From Candidatus Bathyarchaeota archaeon (GTDB lineage Archaea; Thermoproteota; Bathyarchaeia; Bathyarchaeales; Bathycorpusculaceae), in contig OY970340.1 of the NCBI GenBank assembly GCA_963717465.1, positions 1,024,001-1,088,000 on the forward strand: a stretch of 64,000 nt of DNA. Direction: 5' to 3'. A model generated the notes under the pieces. It was given only the letters and a program-made list of their open reading frames with translations, was not told where the DNA came from and did not search any database. Numbering within the stretch: position 1 is the first letter of the stretch; each line of letters begins with the position of its first letter. Position numbers and translations under genes: made by a program. Shown piece by piece: positions 55,711-64,000 of this stretch.

Positions 55711-56730
55711 GTGGAACAGAAATTGTTAACGATAACGAAACTTAGTAAGAATGTCGAGGGAAGATGGCAATCGGAGACTTTGGAGTCTTTCCCAAAGTTA
55801 GTTGGTGAAGATTCTGTGTTATGGGTTGATGTTATTGACCCGACTGGAACTGATATCTATAGGCTAATAAAGAGTTTTGATTTAGGTGCTTTAGATTTTA
55901 GTGATATAATTGATGACGAAGCGGAATCAGAGATCGAGGAATACGAGAGATTTTTAATTTGTAAAATTATTTTGCCTAAGCGAGAAAGTTTCATTTCCGA
56001 AGGTGAATTGGAAAGGCTTTCGATTCTAATGGGGAAAAAATGGATTATCACAATTCATAATGAAGCTTCAAGTATTGTGAATGCAGTTTACAAAAAAATT
56101 AAAACACATGGGTATTTTTCTTTATCTTTGACTCCATCTTCCGATATTCTCCTATATATTTTCTTAGATTTGGCTGTAAATGAATTCTTTTTGACTTCCG
56201 ATTTAGAGCATCAAGAATTGCAGAACTTAACTATGAAAGCAGGTGCTCTTTTCAGGGAGAGGCCCAGAGGACAGCAGACGAGTTTCAGGTTCGAAATTGC
56301 TAAATCCAGAAATCAAGTGCTTGGTATGAGCCAAGGCATTTATCCTTTGCGCGAAATAGTTGGAAAAATAACGAGAGGCGAATTCGCTTTAATCTCAAGG
56401 ACTACAATTTCCCGTTTTGAGGATCTGCATGATAGGATAATCTCTTTGCATGAAGTGCTAGATACGCATCGTGAAGAAATTAGTGATATTGGAAATATAT
56501 TGGTGAACGTTCAAACTTACAATACCAACAATGTGATCAGAGTTCTAACGATTGTATCCGTTGTTTTTCTTCCTTTAGCGCTCATAGCCGAAATTTATGG
56601 AACAAACTTTAGCCAAGGCTTTTTTATGCCGGGCAGTGATAGCATTTTAGGCTTCTATTTTATGATTATTGCGATGACTTGCATAGCTGTCGCGTTAGTA
56701 TTGATTTTTAAGAAAAGGGGCTGGCTTTAA
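55711..56730 (+). CDS. CorA family divalent cation transporter
   Basis: 'LWVDVIDP', 'TNNVIRVLTIVSVVFLP..IYGTNF', second TM helix, 'FKKRGWL'. Confidence 0.9.
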   Translation: MEQKLLTITKLSKNVEGRWQSETLESFPKLVGEDSVLWVDVIDPTGTDIYRLIKSFDLGALDFSDIIDDEAESEIEEYERFLICKIILPKRESFISEGELERLSILMGKKWIITIHNEASSIVNAVYKKIKTHGYFSLSLTPSSDILLYIFLDLAVNEFFLTSDLEHQELQNLTMKAGALFRERPRGQQTSFRFEIAKSRNQVLGMSQGIYPLREIVGKITRGEFALISRTTISRFEDLHDRIISLHEVLDTHREEISDIGNILVNVQTYNTNNVIRVLTIVSVVFLPLALIAEIYGTNFSQGFFMPGSDSILGFYFMIIAMTCIAVALVLIFKKRGWL

Positions 56731-56853
56731 AAACTACGGCAGTAGGAAAGGATTAGTAATAAAACTTTGAGTGGGCTTAAAGGTGGAGAAATGCAGAGAA
56801 ACTGGAAAAAAGTTATGAAATAGGCTCTTAGTAATAATGGTTTTAGAGGTTGA

Positions 56854-57414
56854 TTATTCTTTTTTTAATTTTTTAGTCCAAGCGACTAGTTCCTCAAGTA
56901 ATTCTTTTATGAATTCTCTCGATGTTTCATCTTTCAATTGTCCATTTTCATCGATTTTTTCAAAGGCTGAAGGCACTATTACTTCTGGTCTATTGATAGG
57001 ATGCATATTTAGGAAAACGAATGTTTGCCGCAGTTGATATTGCGCTCTGGCACCGCCTAGCATTCCTATAGATGCGCTCATCACTGCAACAGGCTTGTCT
57101 TCAAAAGCGTTATCTCCATAAGGTCTTGAAGCCCAATCAATAGCATTCTTTAGAACACCAGGTATAGAATAATTATACTCCGGAGTAGCAATTAAAATCG
57201 CGTCTGCAGCCTTAATCTTTGACTTAAATTCCTTTACTTTTTCTGGTGGTGTTGACTCTTGATCCTGATTAAATGGAGGAATGCCTTCAAGATCAAAAAT
57301 TTCAAGTTTAGCATCTGCTGGCAGCAATTCCTTAGCTGCACGAAGCAATGCCTTGTTGTAAGATTCCTTCCTTAAACTACCAGCAAAACCAAGAATAGTA
57401 ACAAGTTTGTCCAT
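56854..57414 (-). CDS. NADPH-dependent FMN reductase (ChrR-like)
   Basis: 'GSLRKESYN', 'TPEYNYSIPGVLKNAIDW', 'GGARAQ'. Confidence 0.93.
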   Translation of the reverse strand: MDKLVTILGFAGSLRKESYNKALLRAAKELLPADAKLEIFDLEGIPPFNQDQESTPPEKVKEFKSKIKAADAILIATPEYNYSIPGVLKNAIDWASRPYGDNAFEDKPVAVMSASIGMLGGARAQYQLRQTFVFLNMHPINRPEVIVPSAFEKIDENGQLKDETSREFIKELLEELVAWTKKLKKE

Positions 57415-57575
57415 AATTAACAAATCACCTTAATAAAATTAATACCGTATTATTTTAAAAAATTTTCCGTTGAAGTCTATAGGATTACATAAAGAAATAA
57501 GCAGCAGAGTTAATCTTCAGCAATCTCAGAGTTAAAAATTTGTGATTTATAACGTACTGTACCAAGAAAACGTGT

Positions 57576-58035
57576 TTACTTTCCTGCAATTTCTTTTGTC
57601 AGAGCTTTAGCAAGGAGTTTCCAAGCCTCTGAATCTGCTTTGCGCAATCTAGTAGAAAGAGTCTTTGCGCCCTCTTTGCTGTCGTACTCCAAATGAAGTG
57701 CAGTGAAATCTAGAAATGAACCGCCTTTTTCGTCAGGTGAAATCTTGTAGAGAAACTGAGAGTACTTGTTCGAGCCAGTCAGATGAGTGGCAACCCATGA
57801 GAATTGATCAGGATAGAGTTGCACTAGCTTTCTGCTTTTCAACAATACCAGTAGCCGTGTGAAAGGTGTCTTTAAGTATTATGGAGCCATCAGCAACTCT
57901 AGTTACAGTTCTTTCAGAGTTGCTGTAGCCCTTCAGTATCTGATCTTCTGGAGTGAAGTCAATACACCAATCGAATGCTGCTTTGGCAGACACTGGAAAA
58001 TGTTGACGGAAATGATATCTAACAGTGGTCGGCAT
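57576..58035 (-). CDS. Hypothetical protein, possibly SRPBCC-like (frameshift near 57830)
   Basis: Two overlapping ORFs join into about 150 aa; 'FPVSAKAAFDWC.DF'. Confidence 0.6.
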
Positions 58036-58229
58036 TAACCGTCACAGTTTAGCATGTATGAGAAACGGTTATAATATTTTGTGTTAAGGTAAAAGAGTCA
58101 GTTCAAAGCGTTGAATTTAAACCCACAACAAAATGAAAATTTCACTCAAAATCTTCTTTCGGATCAATTGGAGTGAGCTTTTGCTGAGCTAACAGATTTT
58201 AGGCGAAATCAAAATATAAAATTGCTCTA

Positions 58230-58544
58230 TTAATTTTTTTTAGTTTTTTCTGTTTCTTTGTTGCTGAAAATTTCCAGGAAGCCTTTCATTTTCCAGTAGG
58301 TGTCAAGGAATTCTAAGCCGCGTGGAGTGGCAAAGTAAAGGTTTTGCTCGTCTGTCGTTAGTTTTCTTGTTAGGCCATAGTTGCAGAGTGCTTCTAAGAT
58401 GGTTCTTAATCGGTCAACTGGCACGCCTACACCGTAAGAGATGCGTGTGATTTTGCCTCCTTCGGGATAACGAATGAGCACTTCTAGAACTTGGGCGTAC
58501 AGATCTGTTTTTGAGCGCTTGGTCTCCCGTCTGTTCATAGACAT
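58230..58544 (-). CDS. Winged-helix transcriptional regulator (archaeal HTH_45-like)
   Basis: 'KRSKTDLYAQVL..ITRISY..L..YGL..TPRGLEFL'. Confidence 0.85.
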   Translation of the reverse strand: MSMNRRETKRSKTDLYAQVLEVLIRYPEGGKITRISYGVGVPVDRLRTILEALCNYGLTRKLTTDEQNLYFATPRGLEFLDTYWKMKGFLEIFSNKETEKTKKN

Positions 58545-58558
58545 GCGTCTCCAGCATT

Positions 58559-59866
58559 CTAAAATGGTGGTTTAGGAAGGTTGTCGACTTTTCTGGGTGG
58601 TTCGTCGATCTTTGCGTCAGGATCCACTTTTAGTTCTTGGGTGTAAGTGACTTGTCTTACAAATGAGCATTGTTCCAATTTTATTATATCCGCGAAAATG
58701 CTTCTCGCTCTGCTCATTTGTCCAATCACGACTTGAATTGCATAAATGTCATCAACTTTAGCCATTCCACCTGCGACGGCCCAAGCGGCTCCCCATCTAG
58801 GTCCAAAGCCGCCGTAGCTTAAATCCACGCTTTTTCCAACTTCCACAAGTTCGCCGATTAAAATTCCATCGCATCGACCGCCGCTTCGCACTGTTACCTG
58901 TTTAGCTTTTAGCCCCTGTATGGTTTCTAGTTTGCCGCTGATATCCGCCTCTTGTTTGACTGTTACTTTGTTTGCTACTAGTTTGCCCACGGTATGAAGT
59001 TGTATGCTTTCAATGTCGCCGTTTACTTCTGTTAGTCCGTAGCTTTCTAGCTTGCCTGATACTGTCAGCGACTTATTCACCTGCAATTTTCCTCCTACTT
59101 CAACTTTTTCTGCATGACAGTTGCCCATAATCTCGATGAAGCCGCTAGCTTCTATGTAATCACAAGTTAGGTCCCCATCAAATTCAAGCTTGCCAAAAGT
59201 TGAGACTTTATGTCCCTTACAGCCTGCAGGCAGTGAACCTTTGCCGTAGACTAACAGTTCGTTGAATTCCAGCAGTGATTTGCTGCTAAATTTTCCGCCA
59301 ACTCGAATGTTGCCTGTTATAGACCCACCGCCGACTTCAACTTCGCCGCCTACACGCAGATCGCCGAGTTTTACCATGCCAAGCGAAATTACTTTGCCAC
59401 CTACATCAACGCTTGCCGCCTCAAACTCGTCTCGAACATCTGCACGGCCACCGACCCGCATTCTATTGCATTTGATGGCGTTCGCCTGTATTCTTCCACC
59501 TACATCGATATCTCCGGCGCTGATTGAACCATTCACCTGCACAATGTGGCTAACGCTGAGTTGTTGATGAACCATCAAGTTGCCGTTTACTTCAAGACGG
59601 CCCACGTGTCTGGCTGTCAATTCAAGTCTTGCCCGATTAGAACGGTAACGCGTCTCCTTTGTCTTGGAAAACAATATTCCAGATTCCAAGGATTCGCATT
59701 CTAAGTCGCAGTTTACGTATGCTTTGCCTTCAAGATAGACTCCTTTAGTTACTACGACGTTTTTACCATTACTAGCTTCGATTCTTGCGTTGTGTCCTAG
59801 TTTGAGTTCGCCATCTACAATGTCAAGTTTGACTGTTTGTCCCCGTGGAACACGTAAATCTGTCAT
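58559..59866 (-). CDS. Bactofilin-like (polymer-forming) beta-helix repeat protein
   Basis: Repeated 'xxxVGGxxx' strands over 435 aa. Confidence 0.75.
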   Translation of the reverse strand: MTDLRVPRGQTVKLDIVDGELKLGHNARIEASNGKNVVVTKGVYLEGKAYVNCDLECESLESGILFSKTKETRYRSNRARLELTARHVGRLEVNGNLMVHQQLSVSHIVQVNGSISAGDIDVGGRIQANAIKCNRMRVGGRADVRDEFEAASVDVGGKVISLGMVKLGDLRVGGEVEVGGGSITGNIRVGGKFSSKSLLEFNELLVYGKGSLPAGCKGHKVSTFGKLEFDGDLTCDYIEASGFIEIMGNCHAEKVEVGGKLQVNKSLTVSGKLESYGLTEVNGDIESIQLHTVGKLVANKVTVKQEADISGKLETIQGLKAKQVTVRSGGRCDGILIGELVEVGKSVDLSYGGFGPRWGAAWAVAGGMAKVDDIYAIQVVIGQMSRARSIFADIIKLEQCSFVRQVTYTQELKVDPDAKIDEPPRKVDNLPKPPF

Positions 59867-59931
59867 GTTTTTAGTACACCCCCTTAGCTTTTAAGGATGA
59901 TTCATTTTGTAACATTTTACAGTATCTCTTT

Positions 59932-60792
59932 TTATTCAGCTTTCAAGGCTCTCCGTGCAATCAAGTAACCAATAGTCGCAAGAATCACGGTGAATATAAC
60001 CAGATAAAGCATGTTTCCTGCCAATGTGAACAGTTGTGCTGATGAAAGGGTGCCGTTTACTATGAGTAATCTAGCAGTATCGACAGCTATCGTTATTGGG
60101 TTAACTTTTGCTATGCCGCTGAGCCATGATGGGAATATTGCAAGGGGGAACATGGAACTGCTAACGAATACCAGTGGGAATGCAAGGAAGTTAATAATTG
60201 CCACGAGCGAATCAACTTGTCTCACTGAGAAAGCGACTGCCGTGAAGATGCAACTGAACGCGAATGCCACGAGCCCTAAGCTCGCGAATGTTCCAAGCAA
60301 GTTTAGGATGCTAAAACCTGCTCCTACTTGCAAGCCGTTTGGAAGCAATACAGCTACGATGAATGTTAGGACAGCTATGAACATCGCCTTAACAAAGTTC
60401 TGTAAGACGCCTGAGAAGAATATTGAAGCTCTCGAAATTGGTGCGCTTAGTAACGAGTTTAGATAGCCTATCTGTCTATCAAGGATTATATCGATGCCGC
60501 CGTAACCCATGTTAACGATAACGATCAACGCGATTATGCCTGGCGTAAGAAATGTTATGTAGTTTGCTGCGCCACCAAAGACTGAAGTCATCGCAGTTTT
60601 AATTTGATCCACTAAGGCAGGTGGCAAAGTGGTGCCTGCAACTTGTGTGGGTACAAAGTTGACCGGGTTAAATGAGCTGCCGAAAAGAGCAAGCCAGAAG
60701 ATTGCCATGAATAAGCCTGGCATTACAGCGGCTGGATTACGAATCCATTTTTTGAGTGAACGTGCTGTTAATGTTAATGTGTCGCTGAACAT
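59932..60792 (-). CDS. ABC-2 type exporter permease
   Basis: Six TM helices, 'DRQIGYL..LLSAPISR', 'VNPIT'. Confidence 0.92.
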   Translation of the reverse strand: MFSDTLTLTARSLKKWIRNPAAVMPGLFMAIFWLALFGSSFNPVNFVPTQVAGTTLPPALVDQIKTAMTSVFGGAANYITFLTPGIIALIVIVNMGYGGIDIILDRQIGYLNSLLSAPISRASIFFSGVLQNFVKAMFIAVLTFIVAVLLPNGLQVGAGFSILNLLGTFASLGLVAFAFSCIFTAVAFSVRQVDSLVAIINFLAFPLVFVSSSMFPLAIFPSWLSGIAKVNPITIAVDTARLLIVNGTLSSAQLFTLAGNMLYLVIFTVILATIGYLIARRALKAE

Positions 60793-60793
60793 T

Positions 60794-61789
60794 TTACTTC
60801 AACCTCTCAATTAATACTCGCTGACCATACGAGTCGCCGTTTGTAGATTCATCTCGCATACTGTTGCCTGTGATTTGCAGGAAAATTTGATCTAAAGTCG
60901 GTTTAGCTAAGGTTATGTCGGAGATTTTGAGTCCTTTCTTGGTTACTGTTTCAACTATTGCTGGTATGGCATTGTCTGTTTTTTGGAGTTTGATTTTGTA
61001 AATGTTGTTTTCCTTTGTCACTTCCGTTACATCTTGTATGCCTTGGAGAGTGCTTGAAATGTCAGCGCCATTAGTGAGTTGTATTTTCAGCACTGTTCCG
61101 CTGAGTTTACTTTTTAGCTCTAAAGGGGAACCCGACGCCTTGATTACTCCATTATCGATGATGGCGATTCTATCACAAAGTGAGTCTGCTTCTTCCAAAT
61201 AGTGAGTGGTCATAAACACTGTTATGCCGTCGTCATGATTTAGTTGTCGAATGTAAGACCACATATTCTGCCTCGTCTGAACATCTAGCCCCAAACTCGG
61301 TTCATCTAAAAAGAGGATTTTGGGATCATGAATTAGTCCTATAGCGAACTGAAGTCTTCTTCGCATGCCGCCTGAATAAGTTTTAACTTGTCTTTGAGCG
61401 GAGCCTTCAAGTTCCAAGAGTTCAAGTAAATCATGCGCTTTCCTCTTTGCTGTATCACTTGGGACATGATGGAGCTTGGCTGATAACAACAGATTTTCTA
61501 TGCCTTTAAGCTCGTCATCTGCTGTGAGTTCCTGAGGGACAATTCCCACGATTTTACGGATTGTTGACGGGTCTTTTTCTACGTTGTATCCCGCTATAGT
61601 TACTTTCCCAGATGTTATATTTGCCAGAGTTGTTAGCATTTTGATTGTTGTTGTTTTTCCAGCGCCGTTTGGTCCAAGAAAACCGAACAGTTCTCCCTCT
61701 TCAACTGTGAAGGAAATGTCGTCAACAGCTTTAACTGATTTCTTGTAGATTTTTGTGAGGTTTTCAGCCTCAATTATCTTGTTTTTCAT
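60794..61789 (-). CDS. ABC exporter ATP-binding protein (DrrA-like)
   Basis: 'GPNGAGKTT', 'YSGGMRRR', 'LDEP', 'TTHYLEEAD'. Confidence 0.95.
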   Translation of the reverse strand: MKNKIIEAENLTKIYKKSVKAVDDISFTVEEGELFGFLGPNGAGKTTTIKMLTTLANITSGKVTIAGYNVEKDPSTIRKIVGIVPQELTADDELKGIENLLLSAKLHHVPSDTAKRKAHDLLELLELEGSAQRQVKTYSGGMRRRLQFAIGLIHDPKILFLDEPSLGLDVQTRQNMWSYIRQLNHDDGITVFMTTHYLEEADSLCDRIAIIDNGVIKASGSPLELKSKLSGTVLKIQLTNGADISSTLQGIQDVTEVTKENNIYKIKLQKTDNAIPAIVETVTKKGLKISDITLAKPTLDQIFLQITGNSMRDESTNGDSYGQRVLIERLK

Positions 61790-61999
61790 ATACTTCACTT
61801 GATTTTGAAAGTCGCTGAATTTCAATAAATAGTCAGTTCACGAGTTGTAATCACAAAAAGTACTCACAATAAGTGAAGTTTACAATAATCAATCCTCTCG
61901 GCTTCAACTAAAATGAGGTTTCACCAACAATAGTCCCAAACAGGATTACGGATACATAACATATTTATGAAAAATCAAATTATCGAAAGAATAGTGATA

Positions 62000-62405
62000 T
62001 CTCTTACTATTTAACTGGAGCGATAAATTCTCCGTTGGCGTTAAAGAAATAGACGCCAACACAAACAACTCATGTTATTTCAACGACTTAGCCAGCGCGT
62101 TGAGCAAAGGAGAAGCCAAAGCGTATCTTAAACCGCTTCTGGCAAAAACTTGTTGAGTATACTCAAGTACACTTTGCTACTGAGGAGAAATACATGAAAA
62201 AATGGAATTATCCTGGCTACGTCTATCACAAGGGTGAACACACACAATTTGTTAGCAAAGTAGCTGCGTTCCAGGCTGACTGCGAAGCAGGCAAAGTTGC
62301 CATGTCCGTCGAAGTTCTTTCTTTTCTTAAAGATTGGGTAAGCAATCATATTCAGATAACGGACAAAAAATACGGCCATTCTTTAATGACCATGGGTTAG
62401 ATTAA
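62000..62405 (+). CDS. Bacteriohemerythrin (frameshifts; start uncertain)
   Basis: Reconstructed 'FNWSDKFSVGVKEID..HKQL..HFATEE..HKGEH..W..NHI..D' iron-ligand pattern. Confidence 0.85.
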
Positions 62406-62672
62406 TTTCCTTGCTCCTGAAGTTGGGGATGGACGGCGAATTCCCAAAACATTGGGATACTTATCGAATTAAACCTATTTTTCGTTTTTCTTGTCAGAAA
62501 TGGATCAATCTAAAGGGTAAATTCAATATTTGATTAGTGGTCATAGGATTTTGCTATTCATATTTGAAGTTCATAGTTCTTATTAGCCAATTCAAGAAAT
62601 TTCTTTAGACTACAACTTAGGCGCATTTAGACCATGGACGTTTGCAATGATGAAAAGCAGAGGGCGTTCTAA

Positions 62673-64000
62673 ATGAATTTATTCACATTGCTTTTATTAG
62701 CTGCAAGCATGGTTGGCCTTTGTTTAGGCTTGATAGTTTTTTCATTTAATAGAAAATCCACCTTAAACAGGCTGTTCTTGATAACTGTAGCTATAGGCTT
62801 TTTCTATTCATTTACAACAGTTATGATGTGGCAATCAACAAGCTTCGATAATGCATATTTCTGGAATAAAATGGGTTCAGTGTGGCCTTTTTTTGTTGCT
62901 TCCGTTGCTAGTTTTGCAATTTATTACACTGGTAGCAAAGGTTACAAAAACAAATTGACTTATTTATCTGTATATTTACCAGCACTTTTTTTTGCGCTTA
63001 TTGGAATATTCACTGACTGGATAAATTCGGCTCCAGTGCTAACGTATTGGGGATATAACGATATACCAGCAAACACCCTTCTAAGTGGTATTAGCACTTT
63101 TTGGTCTGCGCTTTTATCTATTTTAGCAGGCATTCTATGTTTTGCTTATTATCGAAAAGTAAAGGATGATTATCAAAAAGGGCAAGCTAAACTGGTGACC
63201 ATCGGCTTTTCAATATCTATAGTAACTTTCATTGTCACAGACATGGTTATTCGTCAATTTAATTTTGAAATTCCGAATTTAAGCATAATATCCATCATCT
63301 TTTTCGCTATTTTTGTGGGTTACACAATTTTTAGGTATGACCTGTTCGTTTTGGATACTGCCCTTGCTTCAGAAAATATTGTTACAACTATTCCTGACTC
63401 ACTAATACTAACTGACATGAATGGAAAAATGCTTAAAGTAAATCAACGCCTGCTACAGTTTTCAGGTTACACCGAAAAAGAACTGATTGGCAAGCCAATT
63501 ACCATTCTATTTTCCGACACCCAGTTTTTTACAATAAAAGAGGAGCTATTAAAAAATAGGGCAATTAGTAGCGAAGAGATTAAAGTTAGAACAAAGAATG
63601 GAACCCAAAAAACAGTGCTCTTCTCTGGCTCAATTGTTAAAAGCATTACAAAGAAAGACATAGGATTTACAGTTGTTATCCACGACATAACAGATCTTAA
63701 AAAAGTTCAAGATGAAATCGAAAACAACAAAAAGTACCTTGAATCTCTGCTTGACTCAATGCTTACAGGAGTCATTGTAATCGATGCTGATACACACACG
63801 ATAATCAACGCGAACAACACTGCCTTGAAGATGATAGGCTTGACAGCTGAAGAAGTAATAGGAAAGGTTTGCCACAAATTCGTTTGTCAAGCAGAAAAAG
63901 GCAAGTGTCCAGTTACAGATTTGGGCTCGGTAGTGGATAGCCGAGAAGTTTCGCTGCTTGACGCGCAAGGAAGGGCCATTGATATTCTTAAAAGTGTTTC
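62673..64000 (+). CDS. Membrane sensor with 7TM (HisKA_7TM-like) N-terminus and PAS domains, 3'-truncated by window
   Basis: Open frame from ATG 62673 to the window end (absent from ORF track, no stop); hydrophobic helices, 'RYDLF', then 'IPDSLILTDMNG..VN..GYTEKELIGK..HDIT' and a second PAS. Confidence 0.88.
   Translation, partial: MNLFTLLLLAASMVGLCLGLIVFSFNRKSTLNRLFLITVAIGFFYSFTTVMMWQSTSFDNAYFWNKMGSVWPFFVASVASFAIYYTGSKGYKNKLTYLSVYLPALFFALIGIFTDWINSAPVLTYWGYNDIPANTLLSGISTFWSALLSILAGILCFAYYRKVKDDYQKGQAKLVTIGFSISIVTFIVTDMVIRQFNFEIPNLSIISIIFFAIFVGYTIFRYDLFVLDTALASENIVTTIPDSLILTDMNGKMLKVNQRLLQFSGYTEKELIGKPITILFSDTQFFTIKEELLKNRAISSEEIKVRTKNGTQKTVLFSGSIVKSITKKDIGFTVVIHDITDLKKVQDEIENNKKYLESLLDSMLTGVIVIDADTHTIINANNTALKMIGLTAEEVIGKVCHKFVCQAEKGKCPVTDLGSVVDSREVSLLDAQGRAIDILKSV

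Noticed and set aside
62647..62680. ATGATGA C box-like motif
   Set aside because: No matching D box; runs into the sensor start codon.
1..64000. CRISPR arrays, IS elements, integrases, defence systems, rRNA, T-box or known riboswitches
   Set aside because: No spaced direct repeats, transposase/integrase motifs or consensus motifs seen by eye; an Infernal scan would be needed to exclude RNA families.

Overview
Archaeal chromosomal segment, most likely Bathyarchaeia. The taxon is inferred from topoisomerase VI, ABCE1, a zinc-finger eRF1, Ftr, GHMP-type shikimate kinase, aroA'/aroB', a class III-signal pilin and GGAGGTGA-type SD sites. It carries housekeeping genes (phoU-like, eno, rps2, MEMO1, tRNA-iMet, PAC2, eRF1, top6AB, ABCE1, THUMP, cgi121) and three large amino-acid biosynthesis operons: hisGDCBHAFI; ilvD/cimA-ilvBN-leuCDBA-pheA; and ask-aroA'-aroB'-aroDEKAC-CM-aminotransferase-tyrA-GATase. 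An accessory right end holds a pilin/roadblock cluster, a class V aminotransferase with DUF1015, a Bacteroidota-like clpB, corA, a bactofilin-like/ABC operon, hemerythrin and a 7TM-PAS sensor. Many genes are broken by single-base indels that look like long-read errors, so frameshifted genes are reported as merged CDSs. The best candidate for an undescribed system is that all three operons have a similar leader: TATA box, then a long imperfect RNA helix starting near the predicted TSS, a short uORF and a U-rich tract. The aro leader encodes a Phe/Tyr-rich peptide (MIANSDHIFSFEYCFYYYFP). The his and ilv leaders share AATGAGGGATTGC (MRDC...) and CGTCTAAAA at matching spacing. This suggests attenuation-like leader control in an archaeon, but it is untested. 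Also found: a canonical C/D box sRNA, a K-turn RNA candidate, a 22-aa acidic Trp-repeat micropeptide upstream of ABCE1, and two true gene remnants (AlaX, Mo-oxidoreductase).
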